A stretch of DNA of 64,000 bases from a bacterium (GTDB lineage Bacteria; Patescibacteriota; Minisyncoccia; Phycocordibacterales; UBA5272): contig JAHFNB010000003.1 of the NCBI GenBank assembly GCA_023267595.1, forward strand, positions 2,165-66,164. The letters run 5' to 3'. Below, piece after piece: positions 8,225 to 17,793 of the stretch. Each line of letters begins with the position of its first letter. The stretch's first letter is position 1. A program made the position numbers and the translations under genes. The notes beneath the pieces were generated by a model. It saw only the letters and a list, made by a program, of their open reading frames with translations, did not search any database and was not told the DNA's origin.

Positions 8225-9922
8225 ATGATTTTGCGCATTTTTTTGTCATCTCTATTTTTTTTCACATCGTTACAAAGTGTAAGTGCTGCCAATCTTATTA
8301 TAGTGCCTAGTGGAGGATCCTATAGTGCAGGAAGTTCTTTTTCTGTGAATATTTCTGTGTCAAATAATCAAGATCCTATTAATGGAGTTTCAGGAGTTGT
8401 TTCATTTTCTACTGATACACTTGAACTAACTTCAATTTCAAAATCAGGATCCATAATGACCATGTGGGCAGAAGAGCCGACATTTTCTAATGCAACAGGA
8501 CGTGCTTCTTTTGAAGGTGTTATCTTTAATCCAGGATTTAATGGTTCACAAGGGAAAATTATAGCACTTAACTTTAGAGCAAAAAGAGCGGGTACTGCAA
8601 CAGTAACACTTACTGGTGGATCTGTGCTTGCTAATGATGGTAATGCAACAAATGTCTTAGGTACATTAGGTTCATCAACGTTCACGATAAGCGATGGTGT
8701 TGTAAAAGATACCGTAAAAGAGCCAACCACAACAAAAACAACATCAGGAAATACCCCTGTCATAACCTCATCGTCATATCCTGATAGTACAAAGTGGTAT
8801 AACTCAAAAGATGCATCATTTGCATGGACTGTATCATCATCAGTAACTGCGGTTCGAACTCTGTATGATGAAAATGAAGATGGTACTCCTAATAAAGTAT
8901 ATGATCCACCTATTAATAATCGTTCGTTTACTGTAGATGGTGATGGAGTTATGTATATGCATGTGCAGTTTAAAACTGGAGGCGGATGGGGAAGTATTGC
9001 ATCGTATAAGTTCCAAGTTGATACAGATGCACCAGAAACATTAAAAGCAACATTTCCTGATGGCACAATAACAACGAACCCTACTCCTGCTATTTTAGTA
9101 ACCGCGGCCGATAAACTCTCTGGTGTTGATCGTATTACTATGGCAATAGATGGTAGTGATCCTGTTACGTATACTATTGATCCATCTAACTTGTATCGTT
9201 TGCCAAAACAACTTTCTGGTAAACATACAGTTGTTATCGGTGCTATAGATAAAGCAGGAAACAGTAGTACAGTTTCACTTGAGTACACAATACAAACAAT
9301 AGCAGTGCCTGTTATTACACAATATACGAAACATATTGAACTTGGAGGAACATTGCATATAGAAGGGACAACCTATCCTTCTACTATTGTAGAACTTACC
9401 ATGATTGATAAAGAGGGTACTTCTCAGGTGGAAACTACAACAGCAGATGAATCAGGTATATTTACACTCTCATGGTCAAAGAAATTAGAAACTGGAATAT
9501 TTGATTTAAAGGCTCGTGCAGTAAATCAGAAAGGTGCTATGAGTGATTATTCTGAGCCAAAGACAATCGTTATTGATAACGTTCCTCTTATACGATTAGG
9601 AATATTTATTATGAATTGGTTATCTCTGGTTCTTATAGTAATTCTCGGATTAGTTGCTATTATTGCAACCTTCTGGTTCTCTTTCACACAATTTGGTAGA
9701 TTTAGAAGAAAAGTTCGCCGTACTATGCTTGAAGCAGAAAATACATTGAAAACTAACGTACAGGGATTGCGGCGAGATGTAGAAGAGTTCCATACACTTC
9801 TCATCAAAGCAGAACGTAAACGAAAACTTACCAAAGAAGAGCAAGCAATCTTGAAAAAGTTTAAGAAACGAATTGATACTATAGAAAAAGAAATAGAAAA
9901 TAAACTAGATGCTATAGGATAG
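8225..9922 (+). CDS. Surface protein: signal peptide, cohesin-like domain, Ig-like domains, C-terminal TM helix and cytoplasmic coiled-coil tail. ORF is open from 8156; Met 8225 begins the signal peptide.
   Basis: MILRIFLSSLFFFTSLQSVSA signal peptide. ANLIIVPSGGSY...VSGVVSFSTDTLELTSI...IIALNFRAKRAGTATVTLTGGSVLANDG is a cohesin-like segment paralogous to the 6173 ORF. TM helix LSLVLIVILGLVAIIATFWF, then a K/E-rich coiled coil. Confidence 0.5.
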   Translation: MILRIFLSSLFFFTSLQSVSAANLIIVPSGGSYSAGSSFSVNISVSNNQDPINGVSGVVSFSTDTLELTSISKSGSIMTMWAEEPTFSNATGRASFEGVIFNPGFNGSQGKIIALNFRAKRAGTATVTLTGGSVLANDGNATNVLGTLGSSTFTISDGVVKDTVKEPTTTKTTSGNTPVITSSSYPDSTKWYNSKDASFAWTVSSSVTAVRTLYDENEDGTPNKVYDPPINNRSFTVDGDGVMYMHVQFKTGGGWGSIASYKFQVDTDAPETLKATFPDGTITTNPTPAILVTAADKLSGVDRITMAIDGSDPVTYTIDPSNLYRLPKQLSGKHTVVIGAIDKAGNSSTVSLEYTIQTIAVPVITQYTKHIELGGTLHIEGTTYPSTIVELTMIDKEGTSQVETTTADESGIFTLSWSKKLETGIFDLKARAVNQKGAMSDYSEPKTIVIDNVPLIRLGIFIMNWLSLVLIVILGLVAIIATFWFSFTQFGRFRRKVRRTMLEAENTLKTNVQGLRRDVEEFHTLLIKAERKRKLTKEEQAILKKFKKRIDTIEKEIENKLDAIG

Positions 9923-9956
9923 GTTCCGTATATTCTAATGATATAATAGGTATATT

Positions 9957-11615
9957 ATGAATGGGTCAACCTCTATGCTCTATGCCAAAGATTTAACAAA
10001 TCTCATTTCTGGTGATGTATCAGTAGCAGAGGGAGAAAGAGAAAAAGTCGCGCGTGATACAAGTTTATTTTATGTAAAACCAGAGATTGTTATTTTTCCG
10101 AAAAATAGGGATGATATTTCTCATGTTCTTTCATATGTTCATGCTATAAAAGCAAAAGGCGGAAATCTTTCAGTTACCATGCGTGCTGCAGGAACTTGTA
10201 TGACGGGTGGTCCACTATCTTCATCTATTGTAATTGATACTACACGATATATGAATCATATAGGAGAGGTAACCAAAGAGTCTGCCATTGCAGAATCTGG
10301 AGTGTATTATCGTGATTTTGAAAAAGAAACTCTTAAAAAGGGTTGGCTTATGCCTAGTTATCCTGCATCACGTGAGTTAGCAGCAATTGGAGGTATTGTG
10401 TCAAATAATTCTGGTGGAGAAAAGACACTTGTGTATGGAAAAACAGAAAAGTATATCAAAGCACTTGATGTTGTTTTTGCAGATGGTAGTTCAGATACAC
10501 TTTGTCCTCTTACAAGACAAAATCTTGAAGTAAAGATGAAAGAACAAAGTGAGAGTGGAAGGATACATAGAGAATTGTTTGCTCTTATTGATAATAATTA
10601 TGAAATAATTAAACAAGCAAAACCATCTGTGTCCAAAAACTCCTCCGGATATTATCTATGGAATGTATATGATAAAGAAAAAGATATTTTTGATATAACA
10701 AAAGTAGTAGTTGGCTCTCAAGGAACACTTACTTGTATATCATCTGCAACGGTAACTGGTGTGCAAGTAAAAGAACATTCTCGAATGCTTGTTATGTTTT
10801 TACCAACAACATCACACTTAGGAGAGATTATTCCACAAATACTTAAGCATAAACCAGAAACACTTGAATCCTATGATGATCATACCTTTAAAATAGCAGT
10901 TCGATTTTTCAAAGATATTGCACTTCGTATGGGGGGAGATATGTTTACGTTAGGATTTCAATTTTTACCAGAGTTTTGGATGGTTGTAACAGGAGGCGTA
11001 CCAAAAATAATTCTTATGGCAGAGTTCACAGGAGAATCTGAAGAAGAGGTAGAACAACAAGTACAAACTGCCTATGATGATATGAAGCAGTTTGATCTTC
11101 CAATAAAACGTACAAAAAATGCTTTAGAATCAAAGAAGTATTGGACATTTCGTCGAGAGAGTTTTAATCTTCTTCGTACTCGCTTACAAGGATACCGTAC
11201 TGCACCTACCATTGATGATATTATTGTTCATCCAAAAGATTTACCAGAGTTTTTGCCACAATTAGAGACTATTTTTTCAAAATATGATTTGATATATACC
11301 ATTGCAGGACATATGGGGGATGCTAATTTTCATGTTATTCCACTTGTTAATCTTCATAAAGAGGGGATTGTAGATCAATTACATAAACTTATGGACGAAG
11401 TGTACGACTTGGTACTTTCTTATAATGGTTCTATTTCTGCAGAACATAATGATGGATTATTGCGCACTTCATATCTTTCAAAAATGTTTACTCCAGAAGT
11501 TATTTCACTTTTTGAAAAGACAAAAGACATCTTTGATCCACTTCATATTTTAAATCCTATGAAGAAAGTGTATCCTGACAAAGAATTTGCATGGAGTCAT
11601 ATTGATACCAAATAA
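9957..11615 (+). CDS. FAD-binding oxidoreductase, PCMH-type FAD-linked oxidase family (GlcD / D-lactate dehydrogenase-like)
   Basis: FAD-binding PCMH signature (VIFPKNRDDISHVLSYVHAIKAKGGNLSVTMRAAGTCMTGG; GGIVSNNSGGEKTLVYGKT). C-terminal FAD-oxidase C-domain length and HxD motif (GHMGDANFHV). Confidence 0.75.
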   Translation: MNGSTSMLYAKDLTNLISGDVSVAEGEREKVARDTSLFYVKPEIVIFPKNRDDISHVLSYVHAIKAKGGNLSVTMRAAGTCMTGGPLSSSIVIDTTRYMNHIGEVTKESAIAESGVYYRDFEKETLKKGWLMPSYPASRELAAIGGIVSNNSGGEKTLVYGKTEKYIKALDVVFADGSSDTLCPLTRQNLEVKMKEQSESGRIHRELFALIDNNYEIIKQAKPSVSKNSSGYYLWNVYDKEKDIFDITKVVVGSQGTLTCISSATVTGVQVKEHSRMLVMFLPTTSHLGEIIPQILKHKPETLESYDDHTFKIAVRFFKDIALRMGGDMFTLGFQFLPEFWMVVTGGVPKIILMAEFTGESEEEVEQQVQTAYDDMKQFDLPIKRTKNALESKKYWTFRRESFNLLRTRLQGYRTAPTIDDIIVHPKDLPEFLPQLETIFSKYDLIYTIAGHMGDANFHVIPLVNLHKEGIVDQLHKLMDEVYDLVLSYNGSISAEHNDGLLRTSYLSKMFTPEVISLFEKTKDIFDPLHILNPMKKVYPDKEFAWSHIDTK

Positions 11616-11652
11616 GTTTGTATTTTTACGGGGATTTCGTATACTTCATAGT

Positions 11653-12009
11653 ATGAAAATAATTCATGGGATTTACCACATATTTGATCTCTTAGAAGAT
11701 AAAATACGTGCAGGGTTATCACGACATGCTTTTATCTATACGTTTGTGGGAGGGACAGGTATTGTTTTATTTTGGCGAGGAGTATGGCATACAGCAGATA
11801 TTTTAGAAAGAAAAGGTGGTGTATGGGGGGTTATGTTTTCATCTGGTGGGTCACTGTTGCTTGGTGTTTGTATTTTGCTTGCTACAGGACTTTTTGTTTC
11901 TATGTTTATCGGAGATTCAATTATTATTTCAGGAATTAATAAAGAAAAAAAGAAGATTGAGAAAGTAATTGAAGAAGTAAGTGAAGTAGAAAAAGAAGTT
12001 ACTATATAA
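11653..12009 (+). CDS. Hypothetical small membrane protein. ORF is open from 11587 and overlaps the upstream gene; Met 11653 is the likely start.
   Basis: Two hydrophobic segments and a K/E-rich tail. No recognisable family. Confidence 0.4.
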   Translation: MKIIHGIYHIFDLLEDKIRAGLSRHAFIYTFVGGTGIVLFWRGVWHTADILERKGGVWGVMFSSGGSLLLGVCILLATGLFVSMFIGDSIIISGINKEKKKIEKVIEEVSEVEKEVTI

Positions 12010-12013
12010 TCTT

Positions 12014-12523
12014 TTATTCAGATTTTTTTGTCATCATGATTACTTGTACTTTTCTATACTCTGCATGCCAACCAATGTTATTAGCAAGAAGTTGAAGTAT
12101 AGAAGCAAAAGATGCAATTGCTAAGAATAGAAACAAGAAATAACTATTTGGAATCATTAAAAATACAAAGAGTGAACACAATGAAATCCAAACTCCCATA
12201 CACCACGGACATGTTGCCAGTTTATAGAGTGTTGCTTTTAGCGAGTTCTTGGATTCCACAAAAGAATAGTAACCATGTTCTTCTACGGTATCCATTAACC
12301 CTTCACGTATAAATAGAAAAACATTATCGTAGACAAAAAGACGAATCATTCGAAATACTGCAAGTGTGATGATACACAGATTTAATATAGAGATTGTTTC
12401 AGGGAGTTTACCTGTAGTATATAAAACTTTATAAAACAGTATCATTGTCCCCATAAATACAATAATAAAGAAAATATTCCATTTTTTAATGTTATTTTGA
12501 AGTATATAATCTTTCGCATTCAT
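12014..12523 (-). CDS. Small polytopic membrane protein with CxWC motif (DUF1360-like, tentative)
   Basis: 169 aa with 3-4 TM helices. LATCPWCMGVW motif resembles the Cys-x-W-Cys motif of DUF1360-family membrane proteins. Convergent with the 11653 gene. Confidence 0.4.
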   Translation of the reverse strand: MNAKDYILQNNIKKWNIFFIIVFMGTMILFYKVLYTTGKLPETISILNLCIITLAVFRMIRLFVYDNVFLFIREGLMDTVEEHGYYSFVESKNSLKATLYKLATCPWCMGVWISLCSLFVFLMIPNSYFLFLFLAIASFASILQLLANNIGWHAEYRKVQVIMMTKKSE

Positions 12524-12655
12524 ATAAGATCAGTATAGCATTTCTATGTGGGTGTATTTTTGTAAGAAAACTCTGATATTTTCGTCATTATATATACATC
12601 CCTACACGATATGGGAATTACTTATTAAAGTGGCACACATAATTAAAAAATATAT

Positions 12656-13171
12656 ATGATAACAACAATTGGAGTATTTAAAACACACATGGAAGCAGAA
12701 AGTACATTACATGAACTTCGTGATTTTGGAATTGATGAATCAGATTTATCATATTTATATATCAACAATGAAGGGAATATAAAAGATGGTGAAGAAGGTA
12801 GCAAAATGGGGGATGGAACTATATCTGGTGCAACAACAGGTGCAATTATAGGTGGTATTGCAGGACTTGTTATTGCAAATGGTATTTTACCAGGGTTAGG
12901 AACACTTATTGTCGCAGGTCCTCTTGCTGCAGCATTAGGGTTTACAGGTATTGCTGCAACTGCAGTAGCAGGGGCTGCAACTGGAGCCGTGGCAGGTGGA
13001 TTAATTGGAGCACTTAGTCATATGGGTATATCTGAAGATGATGTACATATTTATGAAGATTATGTTCGTCGTGGAGATATTCTTGTTATTGCGCGTGCTA
13101 CTGAAAAAAGTACAAAAGATATCTTTATGAAAAATGGTGCATCAAGTGTACGAAATTATACGGTAGAGTAG
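12656..13171 (+). CDS. YflT/DUF1269-like general-stress protein with glycine-zipper membrane segment
   Basis: N-terminus MITTIGVFKTHMEAESTLHELRDFGIDESDLSYLYIN resembles the YflT heat-induced stress domain. Central G/A-rich hydrophobic repeats (GAIIGGIAGLVIANG...GAATGAVAGGLIGAL). Confidence 0.45.
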   Translation: MITTIGVFKTHMEAESTLHELRDFGIDESDLSYLYINNEGNIKDGEEGSKMGDGTISGATTGAIIGGIAGLVIANGILPGLGTLIVAGPLAAALGFTGIAATAVAGAATGAVAGGLIGALSHMGISEDDVHIYEDYVRRGDILVIARATEKSTKDIFMKNGASSVRNYTVE

Positions 13172-13319
13172 TGAGGAAATTATTGTGACTACAAGTTTTC
13201 TTTCGTCGTCACTCAAGAAACTCGCAGCCCACCCCTCGTGGTTTTGTCTGCTGACAAAACATCACTGCGGCCCTCCACAAAGCACAAAACCTGCAGCAGT
13301 GCAGGTTTTTGTGTTTTTG

Positions 13320-13392
13320 TGGACCCTAGCGGAATCGAACCGCTCACCTCCGGAGTGCAAAACCGGCGCTCTACCATATGAGCTAAGGGCCC
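13320..13392 (-). tRNA. tRNA-Ala (anticodon UGC)
   Basis: Reverse complement GGGCCCTTAGCTCATATGGTAGAGCGCCGGTTTTGCACTCCGGAGGTGAGCGGTTCGATTCCGCTAGGGTCCA folds as a cloverleaf. G3:U70 Ala identity pair. Anticodon loop TTTGCAC with U33 and A37. T-loop GGTTCGATTCC. CCA not encoded. Confidence 0.85.
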
Positions 13393-13516
13393 AATATTTT
13401 ATCTTATTACCTACTTTATTTTTTGCACTATAGCATAGCACTTTTTACATAGATATAAGTCACAAAATTATACCAGAATATTGCCCTAATCGCAAGTAAG
13501 ACATATACTATGTTTC

Positions 13517-14806
13517 ATGTATAAAACAATACTTTCTCTTTCATGTATCGCCTTAATTCTTGTAGTTGGTACTTTCTATTTTAAATACCGTAGTTCTCCC
13601 CAAAAAGAACTTGCAGTTACTACATCATTACCTATTTTACTCTATCCAGAAAGTGGGGAAGTAACCTTTAAAATTTTAGGAAGTACATCATTTCAAATAG
13701 CAACGTCTTCTCCTACAATAATTCCTAACCAAACAATAGTTCATACAGAGACTGGTAAAGCATCTGTCCTTTTACCAGATAACTCCATGATTTCTCTTGA
13801 TACAAATACTGAAATAACAATAAATTATTCATCATCTAAGACTTCTGTGTATCAAACATTAGGGACAACATATCACCGTGTGCAGACACTTCTTACAGGA
13901 TCTAGTTATCAAGTACAAACACCAGGAACACTTGCAGCAGTTCGTGGTACAAAGTTTGCTATCAAATATGATTCAAAAACAAAAAAGACAAAAGTTGCTG
14001 TAACAGAACACAATGTTGAAGTTTCTACCATTCCACCTGGTTCTCAAATAACAGGAACTACAACACCATTTACTGAAACTATCTCACTTGGTGAAGGGAA
14101 AACTGTAACCGTTGCTATGGTAACCAAAGTTCCTAAGCAAGGAGAATCTGCGATGCAGATTGCAGATACTGTAAAAGATGATGATATGCGTATATGGGTG
14201 GAGGTTAATAAAAATGATGATAGACGTCTTGATGATATTAAAAAGAATATAAAAAGTGATGAAGATATTCGTGTAGAAATAAAGAAAGAAATATTTAAGG
14301 ATATAAAAGAAGATGTACAATCAGAAGTACTCGATACAAGAAAAGATAGTATTGAAACCAACATTGTTGATAAAAAAGTAAATCTTGATTCTACAAAAAC
14401 AGAAATAAAAACAGAACCAAAACCTATAGTAGAAACAAAACCTACAATAGAGACAAAAACTGAAACTACAGTAAAAACAGATACTACATCAAACACACCT
14501 GTTACCACTTCATCACTTGTAAAAAAAATGGATGAAGAACAGTACTTTAATGGTTTCAATGATATGTTTATTAAATACTTCTATCTGGATGAAAATGATA
14601 CACCATGTATAACTTCTATCTTGCCACAAGAACGTGTTCGTCAGGTTACATCATTTGCAAATACTAATGGATATCCATTTACTTCAACAACGCTTCTTTC
14701 TTTTGCTCAAGCCATACAAGGATATTGTACAAATAAAGATGTTGCTACAAAAATAAAATTACAAGCACGATTTGACGAAGAGTTTCCCTATAAAGACAAC
14801 TTCTAG
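13517..14806 (+). CDS. FecR-domain protein (membrane-anchored) with K/E/T-rich low-complexity linker and C-terminal domain
   Basis: N-terminal TM helix. FecR-like segment ...SYQVQTPGTLAAVRGTKFAIKYD.... Stop lies 2 nt before the CHASE2 cyclase start (operon). Confidence 0.6.
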   Translation: MYKTILSLSCIALILVVGTFYFKYRSSPQKELAVTTSLPILLYPESGEVTFKILGSTSFQIATSSPTIIPNQTIVHTETGKASVLLPDNSMISLDTNTEITINYSSSKTSVYQTLGTTYHRVQTLLTGSSYQVQTPGTLAAVRGTKFAIKYDSKTKKTKVAVTEHNVEVSTIPPGSQITGTTTPFTETISLGEGKTVTVAMVTKVPKQGESAMQIADTVKDDDMRIWVEVNKNDDRRLDDIKKNIKSDEDIRVEIKKEIFKDIKEDVQSEVLDTRKDSIETNIVDKKVNLDSTKTEIKTEPKPIVETKPTIETKTETTVKTDTTSNTPVTTSSLVKKMDEEQYFNGFNDMFIKYFYLDENDTPCITSILPQERVRQVTSFANTNGYPFTSTTLLSFAQAIQGYCTNKDVATKIKLQARFDEEFPYKDNF

Positions 14807-14808
14807 GT

Positions 14809-16701
14809 ATGAATGAGGTTGTATCGTTCATTAAACAATATATAACATTTGCAGTGGGATTTGTTGTTGTAACTGTCGTCGTCGTGTTTATTGCAGTATC
14901 TACTCGTGGAGAATTGCTAACACAACAATTTTTTGATCCATTACGAATAACTTCATCACGTGACGAGGTTCGTATTGTTGGTATTGACGATGCATCCCTT
15001 CAAAGTATCGGAGCATGGCCATGGGATAGAAGTATATTTGCAAAACTTACTTCTTCTTTATATGAGCATGGAGCAAAAGCAGTTGTGTACGATGTTCTTT
15101 TTTTAGAACCACGTAGTGGGGATATTGTATTCAAAAAAGTATTAGATGATTCTATTACACCAACTGTTCTTGCGGCAAAAAATAATAATGGAGCACTTTT
15201 AGAAAGTTTTTTACGTGGTGGTAATACACGTATAATCAGTTCTCTTCCACAAGTTACTCCAGATACAGATGGAAAAGTACGTATGTATCCACAAGGAAAA
15301 GAAATTGGTAATGTGTGTGTAGATACACTCGCACATAGTGCTTTTCTTATTTATATTCATAAGCAGTTTATATGCAATGAAAGTTATAATTCATTTCGTT
15401 ATCCAACATCTATACAAACAGTATCAGTACAAGATGTTCTCAATAACAAGATTCCTAATGATTTTTTCAAAAATAAAGTTATTTTTATCGGATCTACAGC
15501 ACTTGATCTAGAGGATCACTTTGTGGGTATGAGTGGTGAAAAAGTTTCAGGTGTTTATGTTCATGCAAGTATTTTTACATCGCTCCTTAATAATGTCTCA
15601 GATAGAACTCTCACTACTACAGAGACAACGGTTCTTATAACTCTTTATGGACTATTATTTCTCTTAGTGTTATATCGTACTAAGACTATTATCACCCAAT
15701 TACTTGTGGGAACTGGTTTTATTATTATCCTTATAACAGGAACACTTACCATGTTTTCATATGGAATAATACTTCCATTTCCTTGGCTTATTCTTGTAAC
15801 TTTTTTGATTGCAGGATATAACGCACTGTATAGATTTATCAAAGAACGAAAACAAAATGAATATATATCATCTTTATTTTCAAAATATGTTCATAAAGAT
15901 GTCTTAGAAGAACTTATGAAATCATCTTCCTCACTTCGTTTTGATGGAGAACGTCGTGAGATGAGTATTTTGTTTTCTGATATTCGAGGTTTTACTTCAT
16001 TTTCTGAGACGATGACACCTGAGGAACTCACGAAATTATTAAATGGATATTTAAGTGCCATGACTCCTGCAATATTAGAAGAAAAGGGGACAATTGATAA
16101 GTTTATTGGGGATGCAATTATGGCATTTTGGAATGCTCCACTATTTGTTGAAGATCATACAACTCACGCAGTAAAAGCAGGATTACGCATGGAGCATGCT
16201 TTACGATTATTTAATACAAAACATAAATCAAACTTAGCAGTAGGTATTGGTATTCATTTTGGAAACGTTATTGTTGGAAACGTAGGTTCAGAAGAAAGAG
16301 TAAACTATACCATTCTTGGAGACGCAGTGAATCTCGCATCACGCGTAGAAGGACTTACGAAGAAATATGGGGTTGGTTTATTGGTAACAGAAGAAGCAAA
16401 AGAACGTGTACATGATGCAAATATTATTTTTAGAAAATTAGATATTATTACCGTAAAAGGAAAGAGTAAACCAACAGTTCTTTATGAAGCACAAACATAT
16501 AATAAAGAAATCAAAGAAATATTTACTCATTACGAACATGCTTTTGTTCACTATCAAAATAAAAAATGGGACGAAGCAGAAACAATCTTTAAAGAATTAG
16601 AGAGTAAAGGTGATATTCCTTCTTTACACATGTTAGAGCGTATTCCAATACTCAAGAATGATCCTTCATTTGATGGTGTATGGCACTTTGATGAGAAGTA
16701 A
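14809..16701 (+). CDS. CHASE2 sensor-domain class III adenylate/guanylate cyclase with C-terminal TPR-like tail
   Basis: N-terminal TM then CHASE2 (RIVGIDDASLQSIGAWPWDRSIFAKL). Three further TM helices. Cyclase catalytic motifs ILFSDIRGFTSFSE, FIGDAIMAFWNAP, IGIHFGNVIVGNVGSEERVNYTILGDAVNLASRVE. Confidence 0.85.
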   Translation: MNEVVSFIKQYITFAVGFVVVTVVVVFIAVSTRGELLTQQFFDPLRITSSRDEVRIVGIDDASLQSIGAWPWDRSIFAKLTSSLYEHGAKAVVYDVLFLEPRSGDIVFKKVLDDSITPTVLAAKNNNGALLESFLRGGNTRIISSLPQVTPDTDGKVRMYPQGKEIGNVCVDTLAHSAFLIYIHKQFICNESYNSFRYPTSIQTVSVQDVLNNKIPNDFFKNKVIFIGSTALDLEDHFVGMSGEKVSGVYVHASIFTSLLNNVSDRTLTTTETTVLITLYGLLFLLVLYRTKTIITQLLVGTGFIIILITGTLTMFSYGIILPFPWLILVTFLIAGYNALYRFIKERKQNEYISSLFSKYVHKDVLEELMKSSSSLRFDGERREMSILFSDIRGFTSFSETMTPEELTKLLNGYLSAMTPAILEEKGTIDKFIGDAIMAFWNAPLFVEDHTTHAVKAGLRMEHALRLFNTKHKSNLAVGIGIHFGNVIVGNVGSEERVNYTILGDAVNLASRVEGLTKKYGVGLLVTEEAKERVHDANIIFRKLDIITVKGKSKPTVLYEAQTYNKEIKEIFTHYEHAFVHYQNKKWDEAETIFKELESKGDIPSLHMLERIPILKNDPSFDGVWHFDEK

Positions 16702-16781
16702 ATTATTTCTTGTTTTTTCTTCTTTTTCTGATAGTATTCTTGTAGAAACTCAGGTTTTCTGAATATTACTGGAGAATTTTA

Positions 16782-17009
16782 ATGCAAACTGATGAGAGTG
16801 GATTAGATGAAGTCAGAGACTCAATCATGGTTATTTTTGAAGGTTACGGAACACTTGCTGATCTTGAAAAGATCAGAGCAATTGCTTCGAATGGTCATCG
16901 TAATTGTGACCTCGGAAGTATACCAGCATGCACATGTGGTAATGTTGAAGCAAAGAATTTTATGTCTGTCTTCGAAGGGCAGAAAAATATGAAAGACCTA
17001 CTCAGATAA
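16782..17009 (+). CDS. Hypothetical small Cys-containing protein
   Basis: 75 aa. GGAGA Shine-Dalgarno 6-7 nt upstream of ATG. Followed by a strong terminator. Confidence 0.4.
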   Translation: MQTDESGLDEVRDSIMVIFEGYGTLADLEKIRAIASNGHRNCDLGSIPACTCGNVEAKNFMSVFEGQKNMKDLLR

Positions 17010-17016
17010 ATTACCA

Positions 17017-17045
17017 GAAGCCGCCTTTTAGGCGGCTTGCTTATT
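17017..17045. terminator. Bidirectional intrinsic terminator between convergent genes
   Basis: gaagccgcc-tttta-ggcggcttg hairpin flanked by A/T runs on both sides. Confidence 0.7.
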
Positions 17046-17727
17046 TCCATAAATGAGTTCCAACTCTATCTTCTGCAAACTTATGATTTACATCACGATG
17101 TAACATTTCGTCTTTAATTGTTGCAGAAATCATATCAGATAACGTTGCATCTTTTTTCAGATTCCAATATGTCTTTGCAAACTCTGTTGCAGGAATATCT
17201 TTATGGACACCATTTTTTACAAGTTCCAAGTAATGTTCATAACTGTGTATGGCTTCTTCTTCAAAATAACCGACAACTCGATGTGCAGTTTTTGGAGAAA
17301 TGAGATACAGAATAAAATAGAGATGATAAAAGAAAAACTGTACTATCATGATGAGAAGTTTCTCAAATGCATTTGGCTGTACTATTTCACTGTAGATAAT
17401 GAGATGTACTCGTTCATTTTCTGCTTCGTCTAGTAATGTACGTATCCATCCTCTATCATCACGAATGAATCGTAAAGATTTTAAATGTTGTAGTAATCCA
17501 CCAACCATTCCAGGAACGGCTGCAATTGTTTCTAACACCACTGCACGATGCCCATAACGATTTTGAAATAAAAAGTCTGCACATGTAGCAGAGAAATGCA
17601 CTATAGATTTTGCTATATAATCCGATGTACTTTTCGGAGTTTGTCTGAATTGTTCTTGATGGTTCGTAATACGAGGGATAACTGCATGGGTATCTTCAAA
17701 CATATCATCACTTTTCTCTTCTAACAT
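17041..17727 (-). CDS. aox: Alternative oxidase (AOX; non-haem di-iron quinol oxidase)
   Basis: All four AOX di-iron helices present: LETIAAVPGMVGGLLQH, LLDEAENERVHLIIY, HRVVGYFEEEAIHSYEHY, IKDEMLHRDVNH. Confidence 0.8.
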   Translation of the reverse strand: MLEEKSDDMFEDTHAVIPRITNHQEQFRQTPKSTSDYIAKSIVHFSATCADFLFQNRYGHRAVVLETIAAVPGMVGGLLQHLKSLRFIRDDRGWIRTLLDEAENERVHLIIYSEIVQPNAFEKLLIMIVQFFFYHLYFILYLISPKTAHRVVGYFEEEAIHSYEHYLELVKNGVHKDIPATEFAKTYWNLKKDATLSDMISATIKDEMLHRDVNHKFAEDRVGTHLWK

Positions 17728-17793
17728 AGTATTTCTAGTATACCCTAGTGAACCACTTTTATAAAAATCCCCCTACATGGTAGAATACTAAGC

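Noticed and set aside
8368-9288. 306-aa antisense ORF inside the cohesin/Ig surface protein gene
   Set aside because: It is fully embedded opposite a well-supported CDS. Its low-complexity composition mirrors the sense-strand T/S/V-rich coding. There is no RBS.
13185-13433. 82-aa ORF overlapping tRNA-Ala
   Set aside because: It overlaps a well-folded tRNA gene on the opposite strand. It is a spurious read-through of the structured region.
14044-14559. Antisense ORFs 14044..14559 and 14084..14320 opposite the FecR-domain gene
   Set aside because: They arise from the K/E-rich low-complexity region (AAG/GAA repeats read as TTC/CTT on the other strand). They are not credible genes.
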